Below, piece by piece: positions 1-12,563 of a DNA stretch of 64,000 nt. A program made the position numbers and the translations under genes. Each line of letters starts with the position of its first letter. The first letter of the stretch is position 1. Where the stretch lies: NCBI GenBank assembly GCA_951406725.2, contig OX597833.1, positions 37,448,001 to 37,512,000 on the forward strand, read 5' to 3'. This DNA comes from Octopus vulgaris. Taxonomy: Eukaryota. The notes below the pieces were generated by a model. That model made no database searches. It was not told the DNA's origin and saw only the letters and a program-made list of their open reading frames with translations.

Positions 1-172
1 TTGATATTTCAGCTGTTTCTGAATATTCTTTGCTTCTGTGTTACAGTTTATATAAACAGCAAAATACATTCACATTACTTTTTGTACTTCCTCTGTCAGG
101 GAATATAACTTGGTTTTAGCTTTAATGTAACACCTGACTACTAGGAACAATGCACACACACACACACACACA

Positions 173-231
<59 letters not shown>

Positions 232-232
<1 letters not shown>

Positions 233-702
233 TCAAAATCAAAATCAAACCAAATCAAATCAGATATCAGAAAGCAGAACCAAAATCGAAGTCGATCAAC
301 ATCAATGGAAATTGCAGCTGTGGTACCAGTGCTGGTGACAAGTAAGCGAATCATCCGTTCGTGTCCGTTGCCAGCCTGGCCTGGCCCCCGTGCCAGTGGC
401 ATGTAGCACCTTCCATTCATGGCCGTTGCCAGCCTCGCCTGGCCCCCGTGCCGGTGGCATGTAAAAGCACCATCCGTTCATGGCCGTTTGCCAGCTCCGT
501 CTGGCACCTGTGCGGGTGTCACATAAAAAGCACCCACTACACTCACGGAGTGGTTGGCATTAGGAAGGGCATCCAGCTGTAGAAACACTGCCAGATCAGA
601 CTGGGTCTGATGCAGCCTTCTGGCTTCACAGACCCCAGTTGAACCGTCCAACCCATGCTAGCATGGAAAGCAGACGCTAAATGATGATGATGATGATGAT
701 GA
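232..702 (+). mobile_element. SINE-like repeat (family B) with internal ~55-60 bp tandem units and (ATG)n tail
   Basis: 3' block GTTGGCATTAGGAAGGGCATCCAGCTGTAGAAAC...CCAACCCATGCTAGCATGGAAAG..(ATG)n recurs at 25202-25610(-), 30404-30727(+), 36468-36607(+), 40148-40400(-), 49585-49684(+), 56180-56373(+). Confidence 0.8.
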
Positions 703-1124
703 TATATATGGAAAAAAAGTCAAGATAGAAAATGCTAAAATAATTTTATAAAAAACATTTCAGTTTCATCTGTAAGTATGGAAAACAAATTTAGAAAAAT
801 TAAAAGAAAAGTTTTTTTTAAAGAATATTTGTATAGTGTTCAAATACAAGTGGCATTTTCCTTGTTTCTGCCTGTCTCTGTCTCTCTTGTTTACTCTTGT
901 GGGTTCGAAGTCGTTATATATATATGTTATTTTGAGGATATAGATATCTAAGGGATGTTAACATCCAAGTTACCCTGGTTTAAACTTATATATCGATGAA
1001 ATACTCCATGCGGTTGGAAAGCAAATTTCTTACCACTCAGCCATGCTTGCGATGTTTGATGAGTTGATCGACAATCCTTTCAGAAGAAGACTACGGTGGG
1101 GGGTGGGGCGCTAAGTGATAAGGG

Positions 1125-1463
1125 AAATTGCAATGCTATTATGAGTTTGAATATTCTTGATGCACGTTCGAACTGGGGAACAAGCATTTTGTCATGGAGA
1201 ATATGTCTTGCTTGTTCTTGTTGACAAATGGTGTGTATACACCTAGATCAGCTCACAGCACCACCTACCTAGACTGTGAGATGTTAACATTTCGGAGTAG
1301 TTGTCTCTTCATTGGTCACAGACACTAAGCAGACGCTGTGAGCTGATCTAGGTGTATACACACCATTTGTCAACAAGCAAGATATATTCTCAGTGACAAA
1401 ACACTTGTCCCCCAGTTTGGACATGCATCAAGCATATTCGGTCTGATAATAACATTGCAATTT
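1125..1463. repeat. Long inverted repeat (foldback), arms ~1125-1259 and ~1335-1463
   Basis: TTGTTGACAAATGGTGTGTATACACCTAGATCAGCTCACAGC is followed by its reverse complement; similarity extends outward to AAATTGCAATG/CATTGCAATTT. Confidence 0.85.
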
Positions 1464-1696
1464 AAAAAGAAGCTCATTCACAGTGCCAAAATTCATGCGA
1501 TGGAACTGGTTAAGTCTATCACGTTTTTTGTAGACTTTGTAAAGTTTGTCAGCATCTTTTATTGGGGTTTGGAGATATGCATGGCTTTAAGTCAAGCCTA
1601 CTTCGACTAACCTTTTTGACACCATTACTGATGTTCAGTGGAGAATATATGTCTAGTATGGTGAAAGGATTTATTGTTTAGAAACAATGAATTATT

Positions 1697-2292
1697 AGTT
1701 AGTTAGTTAGTTAGTTAGTTAATTTTTTGGCTCAAAAAGCAAAAATCGAGGCCATGTAGGGGGACATGGAGTTATGTACAGGGTGGTGTTCATGTAAAAA
1801 GTTCAGGCCACTTGTGGTCAAGGGAGACTTTGAACCGAGCGGTCGTCGGCATCTTTACCATCTCATTCGGCAGCTTATTCCACGGATCCGCAACCCGGAC
1901 GGAGAAAGCCCCTCTCCTTGAGTGAGATGAAATCATCGCAGATAGAGCTTTTCGGAATGACCCTGCAGCCAATGCTCTGGAGCAGGAGTGAAGAACAGCT
2001 CTTTCGAGAGGTTACACTTTCCGCTTATGATGTTGTGAGCAAGAATGAGATCACCACGGCGTCGGCGTTTTTCTAGAGAATAAAGGTCAAGCGTCTTCAG
2101 ACTTTCTTCATAAGACAAATTCTTGAGACCAAGAACCATGCGGGTAGCCAGCTTCTGGACTCTTTCGAGATGCTGTATGTCTTTGAGGAGATAAGGAGAA
2201 GAGGCTTGAATCCCGTACTCCAATATGGATCTCACCAGCGTGACATAGAGCGGTAGGAATATGGCTGCTGTGAGCATTCTGAATATGTGCAC
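1697..2292 (-). mobile_element. CR1-clade LINE 3' fragment (C-terminal ORF2) with (AACT)n tail
   Basis: LPLYVTLVRSILEYGIQASSPYLLKDIQHLERVQKLATRMV...LYSLEKRRRRGDLI...AFSVRVADPWNKLP is a typical CR1 ORF2 C-terminus; frameshifted; (AGTT)n at 1697-1720. Confidence 0.9.
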
Positions 2293-2329
2293 CCCATGTT
2301 TTTTGCAGCTTCATTCTATGAAACTGGTG

Positions 2330-2990
2330 TTGTTTAATTCACCTCGATTTTAAGGCTGTAAACTTGCAATTAGGTGGCAGATTATCAAATAGTATGGGGT
2401 TGAGGGATTTTCATGACAGGCAGGTTATATATGGATGGAGATGGACAAGCACCTCTATTTATATTAGAATGTTGATTTATGATAATTTTCTGTATGGTAA
2501 AATTGTTGTAAGATCATTTGGAAGGAGAATCCAGTGGGAGGATGAGGTAATGGCTGAGTTAACGATGTGGTCGTATCTGCTTTTCTGAGTTTGGGAAGAT
2601 ACTGTGATTTGCTATACGTACACAAGATGCTTTGCTCATTATTACCAAAATTTCATTGTAAGATTTGCTTGTGAATTTTTATAAGAACAGCAGACCAAGA
2701 TTGTTAATTGCGTGTAGATTTACGCAACAAAACTGGACCTGGCAGGCAAAGTTTTGTACTCTCGACCATTACCATACACCATCCAGTTATAACACCAGAG
2801 CATAAATCGTTTAGAATTATAGGCCATACTTTATGATCATGAGGAAGGGATCGGTGAACAATTGAAGTCATTGAAAAGGTTCCGTTATGAGACTGAGATT
2901 TCCATCTGTATTTGGCTACAAGCATGGGATTTACAAAGCTTTGTGCATCACTAGTATCAAGAAGGGAATTTTATTGTTTAATTTAGCTGG
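2330..2990 (-). pseudogene. Possible heavily decayed Penelope-like ORF remnant
   Basis: Minus-strand KLNNKIPFLILV resembles the PLE RT motif E-x-NNKIPFLD; lies downstream of the HHR-bearing repeat at 3683; the rest is not alignable by eye. Confidence 0.3.
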
Positions 2991-3771
2991 TGCTATTTGT
3001 TAATTTATTTTATTTATTTATTTTGTATAGTTATTAAAAACAAAAAACAAAAGAAAGGGAAATTTTTTAAATGATTAAAATGATGAATTAAATTTTCAAA
3101 AATTGAAATGAAAATTGAATTAAATTTTCTATGCACAAAATTTACAAAAAATATATAAATATAAAATAAAAGTTAAGATGAAAATGTTTATAAAGGAACT
3201 GAAAAGAAATAGGATAAGGGGAATGAGAGTGACTGGGTTAGTGTGATGGAGTGAATGTGTGAGTGGAGTGGGGTAAAATGATGAGACTAGATTAGTGACA
3301 GGAAAATGGAGATGAGCAATGATGTCAGGGTCATAGTGGAATGGTGGGAGTGGTGGTGTAGAGTAGTCGGCAGTTGTCGTGGGTGATGGTGAAGGTATAA
3401 GGGGAAAGGGGTGGGAAACATGATGCTGATTAGATTAAAAATATGGAATTGTATTAATGATTACTTCTGGTAATGATTACTTTTAATGGTCACAAGGTCC
3501 AAGACGTTGGGAACAGTACAAAAGTAAAATATAACAAACAATAAACAGTAGGAATGGTGTTACATGGAGTAAAAGTGTGACATCAAAAATGCAATGAAAA
3601 CACATCAATAGATGATAATAATAAATAACAATAGTTGTACAGAACAAGAAAATAACAACAATGAAGGATCCCCAAATAGAAGGTCTTACAGCTGTTTTGA
3701 GGATATTTATTATATCCCTTCATTGGAGACAATGTGAGAAAATAGTTAAGCAATAGTTAATTTAGATAAGA

Positions 3772-4164
3772 CTAGCAGTATCGCCCGGCGTTGCTCGGGT
3801 TTGTAAGGGAAATAACTATATAAGCATTTTTAGAGATGTAAAGTATAATAGCCATCTCAATATGGCTAACCACAAAGGGGGGTGTTACTGTAGCTTTTTA
3901 CGTCCTGAGATTTAATAATACATTTTTAGAGAGTTACTTCCCTTGTATAATTGCAAAAAAATGCATTAAAAATGGGAAAATGATGGTAAATTTTTTTTTA
4001 AATCGTAGACTCATTGTAGGCGCGCGCTAATACCCAGAAGGGCTCGATGTGAATCACGACTATAAGATACCCGCTTTTGGTTACACATCACCGCAAAATG
4101 TGGGAGTAGTTAGGAATCTAAATCGTAGGAGACAGACACACAACTTCACTTTTATATATAAAGA
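3772..4164 (-). mobile_element. Non-autonomous Helitron (393 bp)
   Basis: Minus strand begins TC(TTTATATATAAAAG) and ends with hairpin CCCGAGCAACGCCGGG then CTAG; inserted at A|T with no TSD; empty site present in the inverted arm at ~4440-4455. Confidence 0.92.
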
Positions 4165-4486
4165 TATGAAACATAGAGTGAAGTGGAGGAATGAAAATAG
4201 ATGTGAAATATGCAGGGATATTGCATTTGTAGATCCATTATTTAGGCAGAATGGTATACATATAAGATTCCAATGGTATACATATAAGATTTACAATGAC
4301 CAGTTTTAAATACTATTGGAATTTACTCACAAGGTATTGGAATCTTATATGTATACCATTCTGCCTAAATAATGGATCTACAAATGCAATATCCCTGCAT
4401 ATCTCACATCTATTTTCATTCCTCTACTTCACTCTCTATTTCGTATCTTATCTAAATTAACTATTGCTTAACCATTTTCTCACACC

Positions 4487-4534
4487 ATCTCCGATGAAGA
4501 GATATAATAAATATCCTGGAAACAGCTGTAAGAT
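4487..4534 (+). ncRNA. Minimal type I hammerhead-like motif (core CCGAUGA)
   Basis: ATCT-CCGATGA-AGAGATAT-AATAA-ATATCCTG-GAAA-CAGCTG-TA-AGAT; palindromic stem III ACAGCTGT; degraded inverted copy at 3683-3730. Confidence 0.7.
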
Positions 4535-4900
4535 CTACTTATAAATGTTCTAAAATCTTCACAGCCTTGGTTTTTTATCTCATTCTGAAAAAATTTTTTT
4601 ATATATACGCATGCTGATATATGACCTACATTGAACTGCTTATTCGCATAATCACCGAACCTTTAGCTTAACTATGGTCTATCCATAGCACTTACTCAGC
4701 ATTACCTGACACTTTTGGGTCTTATTGACATCATTACCTCCCCCCCTCTCTCTCTATATATATATATATAAAAGAAATAATTAAAATTCAGTTGAATTAG
4801 GTACTTAAGTTGAGGTACCAAGTCAGTTCGGTATTATCCGCACAGCTCAAAGTAAGGTGAATAAAAAGCGAACAAGTAATAAAGATCTCAAGTTATCAGT

Positions 4901-4986
4901 ACATTACGCTGGTTTCAGGTGGCTCCACTTAATCAATCGATGCAAGCATTACATCAATTTGAAATATACCACCTTTTTCAGATGCA
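4901..4986 (-). ncRNA. Degenerate hammerhead-like motif with extended stem II
   Basis: rc: CAT-CTGAAAA-AGGTGG-[insert with internal hairpin]-CCACCT-GAAA-CCAGCG-TA-ATG; homologous to 6547-6631. Confidence 0.55.
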
Positions 4987-5399
4987 TACAACCCAGTGGC
5001 AACTCTGGCACTCACGCTGTTCAGGCTTAGCCCGAATATAAACTTAGTAAAGTGAACATGTATTTGTAAGCTGATTTAATTTCTACCAACACTGACTTCA
5101 AATATGTAATCGCAGCCAATAACTCGGGCTCCTTTTATTCAGCCTTGTCGCAGTTCATTTATTTTTGTTCTGAGTTTGGCGGATGTCTTAGAGATGTCCT
5201 GTGTCAAAAAATATAGTTCATAGCAGATATTCTCACAAGATCGGTCACACAAGCCTGACTCACATTTAGAAGTTACAGCCCGAGTTGTTATCTATAATCG
5301 TAAAAATTTAAAATAATTCAAATTCAATTTTTTCATGAAACAATAAATTTCTATAGAGATTAGGAGTTAAATTACAATCTATGAAAAGTTTCCTTTCAA

Positions 5400-5790
5400 C
5401 AATATTCTTAAAAAAACGAAAAATAATCCAGCATCTCGGGCTAATATGAATGAGCTTGGTAGGTGTAAAAGACTAACTGGTATCTGCCATCCAACCAAAA
5501 TGCAAATATATGGGAAACTACCACCTGTGTCATCTCTTGTGAAAGGTAGGAGAGTCCAGTTTGTTGGACATTGTTGTAAAGCCAAAAAAGAGGTAATTTC
5601 AACTCTTCTCCTCTGGAAGCCATCTACTCGCAATACCAGAGGGCGCACACTCTCCTACCCTGATGTAATCTCCAGGGATACAAGCATCCAGCAACAGGAC
5701 CTCTGTAATGCCATGATGGACTGTGAAGTCTGGCGTAGCATGATAAATTCCATTGTCTCGACCACGGTCGAACAATGATGATGATGATCT
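5400..5790 (+). mobile_element. RTE-clade LINE 3' fragment with (ATG)n tail
   Basis: IYGKLPPVSSLVKGRRVQFVGHC...LLLWKP...RGR...AMMDCEVWR matches the RTE ORF C-terminus; ATG repeats follow the stop. Confidence 0.8.
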
Positions 5791-6038
5791 CTTGTCAAGA
5801 GTACGGGTGACAGTCAGATCACTGATGTTTGTTGCGCACCCCGCTGTTGTTATTTGATTGCTGTTATTTTGTGTGTCTGTATGTAAAGATCAGTTGTGTT
5901 TTACAGGGTTGCTTTATTTTTACTCAGAATTACTTAAAAATGGAAAAAGACATAGTGTTAGATATAAAAAATAAACCATCTGATGTGATGCTGATGACCT
6001 GATACATAGAGCATACTCCATTATAAGTCTTTTAGCAA

Positions 6039-6471
6039 GAATGAAAGAATCATATGTCTGTTGCTATTCTTGTAGCAGAATGAACTTAGGGAAAAAATAC
6101 TTCAACTACAATTTGGAGTAGCAGAAGAGAATAACAATGGAGGTCATGCAATGGTAATATAGCTACATTTATCTATTTTCTTATCACCATCAAAAGATCT
6201 AATGCAGCTAGTATACTACGTCCACTAAGAATTAAAATCACAGCTAGAACTTAACTGTCAATTCCCAGTGGTTTTTAATTCTCAGTGGACATAGTATACT
6301 AGTTGCATTAGATCTTTTGATGATGATAAGGAGATAGATAAATGCAGCTATATTACCATCTCATGACCCCTATTGTTATTCGCTTCTGCCACTCCAAATT
6401 GTAGTTGAAGTATTTTCTCCTTACGTCCATTCTGCTACAATTATAGCAACAGGCATGTGATTCTTTTATTC
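6039..6471. repeat. Long inverted repeat, ~200-bp arms (6039-6241 / 6269-6471), ~27-nt loop
   Basis: Arm-to-arm reverse complement visible throughout, e.g. ATACTTCAACTACAATTTGGAGT / ACTCCAAATTGTAGTTGAAGTAT. Confidence 0.92.
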
Positions 6472-6546
6472 TCTAGTTCTGATGAAAAATTTGCTAAAAA
6501 AATTATAATGGAGTGTCCTGTATGTCAAAAACTTAAATGGTCTTAC

Positions 6547-6631
6547 ACATCCAAGGAAGGTGGTGTATTTCAAATTGATGCAATGCTTGCATTGATCGAT
6601 TAAATGGAGCCACCTGAAACGGCCATAATGC
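6547..6631 (+). ncRNA. Degenerate hammerhead-like motif with extended stem II
   Basis: CAT-CCAAGGA-AGGTGG-[..AATTGATGCAA TGC TTGCATTGAT..]-CCACCT-GAAA-CGGCCA-TA-ATG; inverted homolog of 4901-4986; the repeat ends at (TA)n at 6669. Confidence 0.55.
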
Positions 6632-6663
6632 ACTAATACCTTGACATCCTTGTTACTTATTTG

Positions 6664-6727
<64 letters not shown>

Positions 6728-7299
6728 ATGTATGTATGTATATATATATATATATACACATATATATATAGACGTATAAGTGTTTAAGTATTTGAATTTT
6801 CAAATATGAAAATGTATTTATACTAGGAAAAACATTGCTCTCCAGACGCCCACTTCAAGGTGAGACAGAAGATAGCGTCAAATGCGTTGACAGCAGTTGG
6901 ATCACATATATTTATTACTTGCCAGGTAACTTCATTAACGATTATACTATAGAATGCCTGCTATTTTTAACTATATTTTTTTCTCTCCATGAGCTACACC
7001 TTTGTAGCAATTAAGCCATTTCATTTCTTTCAGCTGGTCAAGATGCCATGGGAAAGCATGAATTCAGTTGGACTTATTTTTTTTATTGTCATAGCCAAAT
7101 CAATTACTTACTAATCATTATGAATGATTATTTACTAATGAATCGATTATATGCAGAAATGATAAGTTATTAGTCTATATTATTAGTTGCTATATTTATT
7201 AGGCCAACATACTCTGAACCAGCTCATCAACAACTTCACAGCAGTTAAGACATTTAACTTCTCTCTATAACCAGTTATCAATATTTATGTACAATGCTG

Positions 7300-7894
7300 T
7301 TGATTGCTATTATCATTTATCATAAAATCGAAATTCTCAAAACAAGAGTGGTGTTGATATCGTAGTTATAGATTACTATAAAGAATTTTTTGTTTTTACT
7401 CAAACTGTTAGAAAATAATAATTATGGAAAAACAAACAGTTATAAAAAATAGGAAACCTACTTGCTTTTTTGACTATGAACTGCAAATAGTTGGCCCCTA
7501 AAGAATTTGACTATAGAAGCAACTTCAGGTGCAAAACCAATAATTCATAATGTCTACCCAAAATACACAAAAGCAAAGCTATTAAGTGACGAAATACCAT
7601 TTCCAGATAATTTGAAATTAAGACCATATATCGCAAGCCTTATATGTGAAACACAAATGCTAAGTAATTTTTGGACATTATATTGGAGCATTATTTTTTT
7701 ATTTGTTTCAGTCATTTGACTGCAGCCATGCTGGAGCACTGCCTTTAGTTGAGCAAATTGATCCCAGGACTTATTCTTTGCAAGCCTAGTATTTATTCTA
7801 TCGGTATCTTTTGCCGAACCACTAAATTACAGGGACATAAACACACCAGCATTGGTTGTCAAGCGATATTGGGGGGACAAACACAGGCACACAA

Positions 7895-7950
<56 letters not shown>

Positions 7951-9010
7951 GAAGGGCTTCTTTCAGTTTCCATCTACCAAATCCACTCACAAGACTTTGG
8001 TCAGTCTGAGGTTATAGTAGAAGACACTTGCCCAAGGTGCCATGCACCTTGGGAACTATGTGGTTGGTAAGCAAGCTACTTACCACACAGCCACTCCTGC
8101 GCCTGTTACTTTAAAATTATACAAAATTCTTTAATCTTACCAAAAAGCAATGAGCCAAAATACAATTAATGATGCAGTAAATTTATATACTAATATTTTT
8201 CACAACTATGGAGTCAATGCGATTAAAGAAATGCTGAATATATACCAGTTTTAATTACCAGAATGCACTGAAAAGACTTTTTCAATGATGGGTTTCGATT
8301 CATATGGCAAAATTATTTCATACTCGATTAATCAATATATTAGCAAATATCAGAAGTGTCCATCAACATAGAGATAGGACACCACGAGAAGAAAATTTAT
8401 GATGAATACTCACAAATAATTAGGAACATATTTTACACATATTAAAAAAAAAAGAAATAGCTGGAGTAGATATCTAGATTGCTCTTCCATTTTCATCGAA
8501 GGATAATCTTGTTAATCTTACAGAATTCAATAACCTTTTTAACAGCAAAAGCCATGATATTAAATAACCAATGGAATCCACTCAGGAGAAAATGGTGTTT
8601 TTAGACATTTTAATTATGAATACAAATGGGAAAATACAGTCTCTTCGATACAAAGTACTGTAATCTTTTTACAACCTCCCATTCTAAAAATACAAGAACA
8701 AAAATTCAATTAAAATAAACAAAAATAAATTGCACAATGTATTGAATCCAACTCAACGTAATCAAAGAATGAATTAAAAAGTATACTTGTTCAAACATCA
8801 TTTCAAATTAGTCTAAATACAAATGGAATAGAAAGTGTAAACTGAATAGATAATCAAAATCTAAGGAGAGTAAAACTGAGAAAAAATGCTTTGCCATTTG
8901 TATTTTCATTTAACCGTACTCTCTGTTATTGCATATTGACCAAGAATGTCTCAGAACTAGACATTATGATAAACCAGATACGAAAAATATTTGTTTTATT
9001 AATATATCTT
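7300..9010 (+). pseudogene. Decayed Penelope-like RT, interrupted by a SINE
   Basis: LRPYIASLICETQMLSNF (~7620), WSRYLD (~8462), NNLFNSKSHDIK*PMESTQEKMVFLDILIMNTNGKI (~8530-8640); many stops and frameshifts. Confidence 0.7.
7697..8104 (-). mobile_element. tRNA-derived SINE family A (internal (TA)n, AAAGAGTA-type tail)
   Basis: Head AGGCGCAGGAGTGGCTGTGTGGTAAG (A-box-like), normally followed by the GGTTCAGTCCC B-box in sister copies; >15 copies in the window. Confidence 0.9.
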
Positions 9011-9189
9011 TGTGTATTTTTATGATCTTATCATGAATTAGTCTATAATAACATGGGTCGGGAGTTAGTTGCTTCAACCGCAAAAGTGCACCTATCCAAA
9101 ATGCACTGATTATCGCTTGTGTTTGTATCACCATACTATGAGGCTGTGTATTTTTTTTTATAGTTTTATGTACATGCACCTATCAACAT

Positions 9190-10330
9190 GTCACCAGTGA
9201 AGAGAAAAATACAAAGGTGCAAATGAGTTTCATCTCAAAAGGAAAACGTAGAGATGATAATGAAAATACTTAACGGTGGAAGCTTTGCAGGTGTGAGCTG
9301 CAAGTTTGGTGCCAATGAATCTACTGTTCGTTTCATTTGCAAATTACGTTAGGATTTCATGAAAGCATTCACAGACGCTGCCCCTAGATCAGGAAATTGA
9401 ATCATCAGAGTGGATAAAGATGATTTTATTTAGCTCATGCAAAAGCGAGTGTATATGTGGATGCAGGATTGTTGCAAGAAGTGGCTTCCTATGTCAATAA
9501 AATGTATCTAGAATTGTGTTGAGCAAATGTGTAAAAACTTAGTCAAGCGTACTGATGTTGCTGATATGGATAAATATATTTTTCAAGATAGTAATGGGTG
9601 GGTACAGAAATTCATTGGAGAGAAAAATTGAGCCAGAAAAGTTTCAGGTTAAGCAAGATCAGCAGATACCAAGGATGCTTGGTGTTCTCCTGAAGAATTT
9701 CGTAAAATGATGAACGATGGTGGATATTTAGGGTGCCAAGTTTTTAACTCAGATAAAACAACAATTTATTGGAAAAAGGTGCCAGAAAATTGCTACAAAG
9801 CTAAAGAGAAGGATGCCAGGCTTTAATGAGGCTCAAGACTGGGTTTCTCTACTGATCTATGGTAATGGTATTAGAGATTCTAAAGCTAAACCACTGTTTA
9901 TAGACTATTCTACCTGATCTCGTCCCTTCATAAGCATTAGCATGTTAAATCTTTCTGTGCATTAGCATTCTAACAAAACAACACAAAATCGATAAATAAA
10001 AAGTAGTTTATAACCTACTTCCATGATGAAGTCAAAGACTATTTTGCCAGGAATATCACTTCATTGACAGAATTCTTATGCTAGACAATTATTCTGGTCA
10101 CCCTACAAGCTTTAATGGCCTCCAAAATGAAATCATTGTGATTTGTCTACTATCTAACAACTCACTGTTGCAGCCAATAGACTAAGAAATGATGGCCACT
10201 TTTAAGCTTCTCTAGACATTGGTGGATGATGAGGAACTAACTGTTCAGCAATATTGGAAACGATTCAACATTCTTCACATTGTTCGCTTTATTGGCAAGG
10301 CTTGGCAAGCTTCATTAGGTTTGAAAAGGA
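9190..10330 (+). pseudogene. Tigger/pogo transposase relic
   Basis: KFGANESTVRFI, FQDSNGWVQKF, QVFNSDKTTIYWKKVP, MPGFNEAQDWVSLLIYGNG..KAKP, ILMLDNYSGHP, SLLQPID*EMMATFK in colinear order; disrupted. Confidence 0.9.
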
Positions 10331-10651
10331 TCACATGACTCGAGTCCTGAACATGGCAAGAGCATTTCCTAGGGGTTTTCTTTTCAAGTGCTAGTGCAAT
10401 AAAAGGACATTAAGAATGTGAAGGAAGCTCCTGATGGAGGAATTAAAAGACACAGCAGTCTTGGAATTTGTTGTATCCTCCATCTCCAATGTCGTGGTAC
10501 CAGTGTAATGATGCAGCCGCAATAACAACGTAATGATCCAACAATCTCTTCATGAACCAACAATTAATATTCCAATTGAACTAACCAGCTGACACCTTCC
10601 AACTTCACTGTGAACTCAACTCGAAATAACACACAAACTTCACTCTGACGG

Positions 10652-11066
10652 CTACTCTCTTTACTCTTTTACTTGTTTCAGTCATTTCACTGTGGCGATG
10701 CTGGAGCACCGCCTTTAGTCGAGCAAATCGACCCCGGGATTTATTCTTTGTAAGCCCAGTACTTATTCTATCGGTCTCTTTTGCCGACCCGCTAAGTGAC
10801 AGCGATGTAAACTCACCAGCATCGGTTGTCAAGCAATGCTAGGTGGACAAACACAGACACACAAACACATACACACACACATATATATATATATACATAC
10901 ATATACACGACGGGCTTCTTTCAGTTTCCGTCTACCAAATCCACTCACAAGGCATTGGTCGGCCCGGGGCTATAGCAGAAGACACTTGCCCAAGATGCCA
11001 CGCAGTGGGACTGAACCCGGAACCATGTGGTTGGTTAGCAAGCTACTTACCACACAGCCACTCATG
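10652..11066 (-). mobile_element. SINE family A
   Basis: Near full-length copy, A/B boxes, AAAGAGTA tail. Confidence 0.92.
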
Positions 11067-11224
11067 CTTGGTCCAGTCTATTTCTTGCAAGGGGGATCAC
11101 GACTCTCATCACAACAGAATTATTTGACGTGGGACAAAATAACATGTGTATAGATGATAATGATGATGACTGCTCAGAGTCTAGGTCAACATAAACATGC
11201 TGAACATAAAATAACAATAATAAT

Positions 11225-11438
11225 TATCATTTCTATTATAGGCACAAGGCCTGAAATTTTGGAGGAGTATGTTAGTTGATTTCATTGACCCCAGTGCTTG
11301 ACTGGTACTTATTTTATTGATCCGAAAAGATGATTAGCAATGTCGACCACGGCGGAATTTGAATTCAGAACATGAAGATGGACAAAATGCCGCTAAGCAT
11401 TTCGCCCAGCATGTTAACGATTCTGCTAACATACTGCC

Positions 11439-11491
<53 letters not shown>

Positions 11492-11707
11492 CCTTTCTAC
11501 TATAAGCACAAGGCCTGAAATTTTGGGTGAGGGTAGGGGGCCAGTCGATTAGATCGACTTAGTACACAACTTGTACTTAATTTATCGACCCCGAAAGGAT
11601 GAAAAGCAAAGTCGACCTCAACGGAATTTGAACTCAGAACGTAAAGACACGAAATACCGCTATGCATTTCGCCCAGTATGCTAACGATTCTGCCAGCTCG
11701 CCACCTT
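11225..11707 (-). mobile_element. Two tandem copies of tRNA-derived SINE family C with (TAA)n tracts
   Basis: rc head AAGGTGGCGAGCTGGCAGAATCGTTAG...GAGTTCAAATTCC (B-box)...GACTTTGCTTTTCATCCTTTCGGGGTCGATAAA; copies ~11225-11440 and ~11490-11707. Confidence 0.85.
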
Positions 11708-12134
11708 AATAATAATATCAGTTGACGGGAAAAGATCCATGGCATTGCACCTTACAAACAAATTTATAGGGAACAAGTATCTAGTAAGCAGTCCATGACA
11801 ACTACTTCAGAAGTTTTTCTGATTCTCTTCATCAGCCCCTGTCCCAGCAGCATCTGCAGCACTCTCATCAGCACCGCAGCAAGTAGAACCAGTGCCGACT
11901 CTTCTGGAGTTATCATTGACAGGTCTTCTTCCTTTCATGTCAGAAACAATGATAGTGACTTTCAGCCAGATGCTCCGGACACCCCTTCTCTAAGACCATC
12001 TTCAACAACTAGTGATAAGAAAGACAACACAAAATATGTAGGTAACGATTCCATACTCGTGTAATTCCACCACACCACCTTAGACTACCCGTGTCCAGTG
12101 AATAAGGACTGCATGAGTAGGCCCATAATTGATA

Positions 12135-12563
12135 TCTTTTATCTTTCATTTGTTTCAGTCATTAGACTGTGGCCATATTGGGGTACTACCTTGAGTTTTT
12201 AGTTGAACGAATCAAACCAAATACATTTTTAAAATCATGATATTTATTCTATCGGCCTCTTTGGCTGAATCGCTAAATTATGGGTTGTCAAGCGGTGGTG
12301 GAAGAAAGGACAGACACAAAGACACACACACACACACGTATGTATGTATGTTTGTATGTATGTATGTATGTATGTTTGTATGTATGTATGCATGTATGTA
12401 TGTGCATGCTCGATAGGCTTCTTTCAGTTTCCGTCTACCAAATCCACTCATAAAGCTTTGGTTGGCCTGAGGCTATGGTAGAAGACAATTGCCCAAGGTG
12501 CCCCGCGGTGGGACTGAACTTGGAACCATGTGGTTGGGAAGCAAACGTCTTACCATACAGCCA
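12135..12563 (-). mobile_element. SINE family A (older, diverged)
   Basis: Same body; internal (CA)n/(TATG)n tract. Confidence 0.85.

Larger units (their letters stand above)
3683..4534. repeat. Inverted pseudo-LTR-like pair, arms 3683-4274 (Helitron-interrupted) and 4336-4534, each with an HHR-like motif
   Basis: About 200 bp of reverse-complement identity once 3772-4164 is removed. Confidence 0.85.

Noticed and set aside
10605-11153. Recurrent ORFs such as MTTDAG...KETDRISTGLTKNKS and MLGGQTQTHKH
   Set aside because: Chance frames within SINE family A copies; frames are not preserved between copies.
11795-12064. 89-aa Ser/Thr/Asp-rich ORF
   Set aside because: No recognisable domain or splice context; cannot be supported as a host exon.
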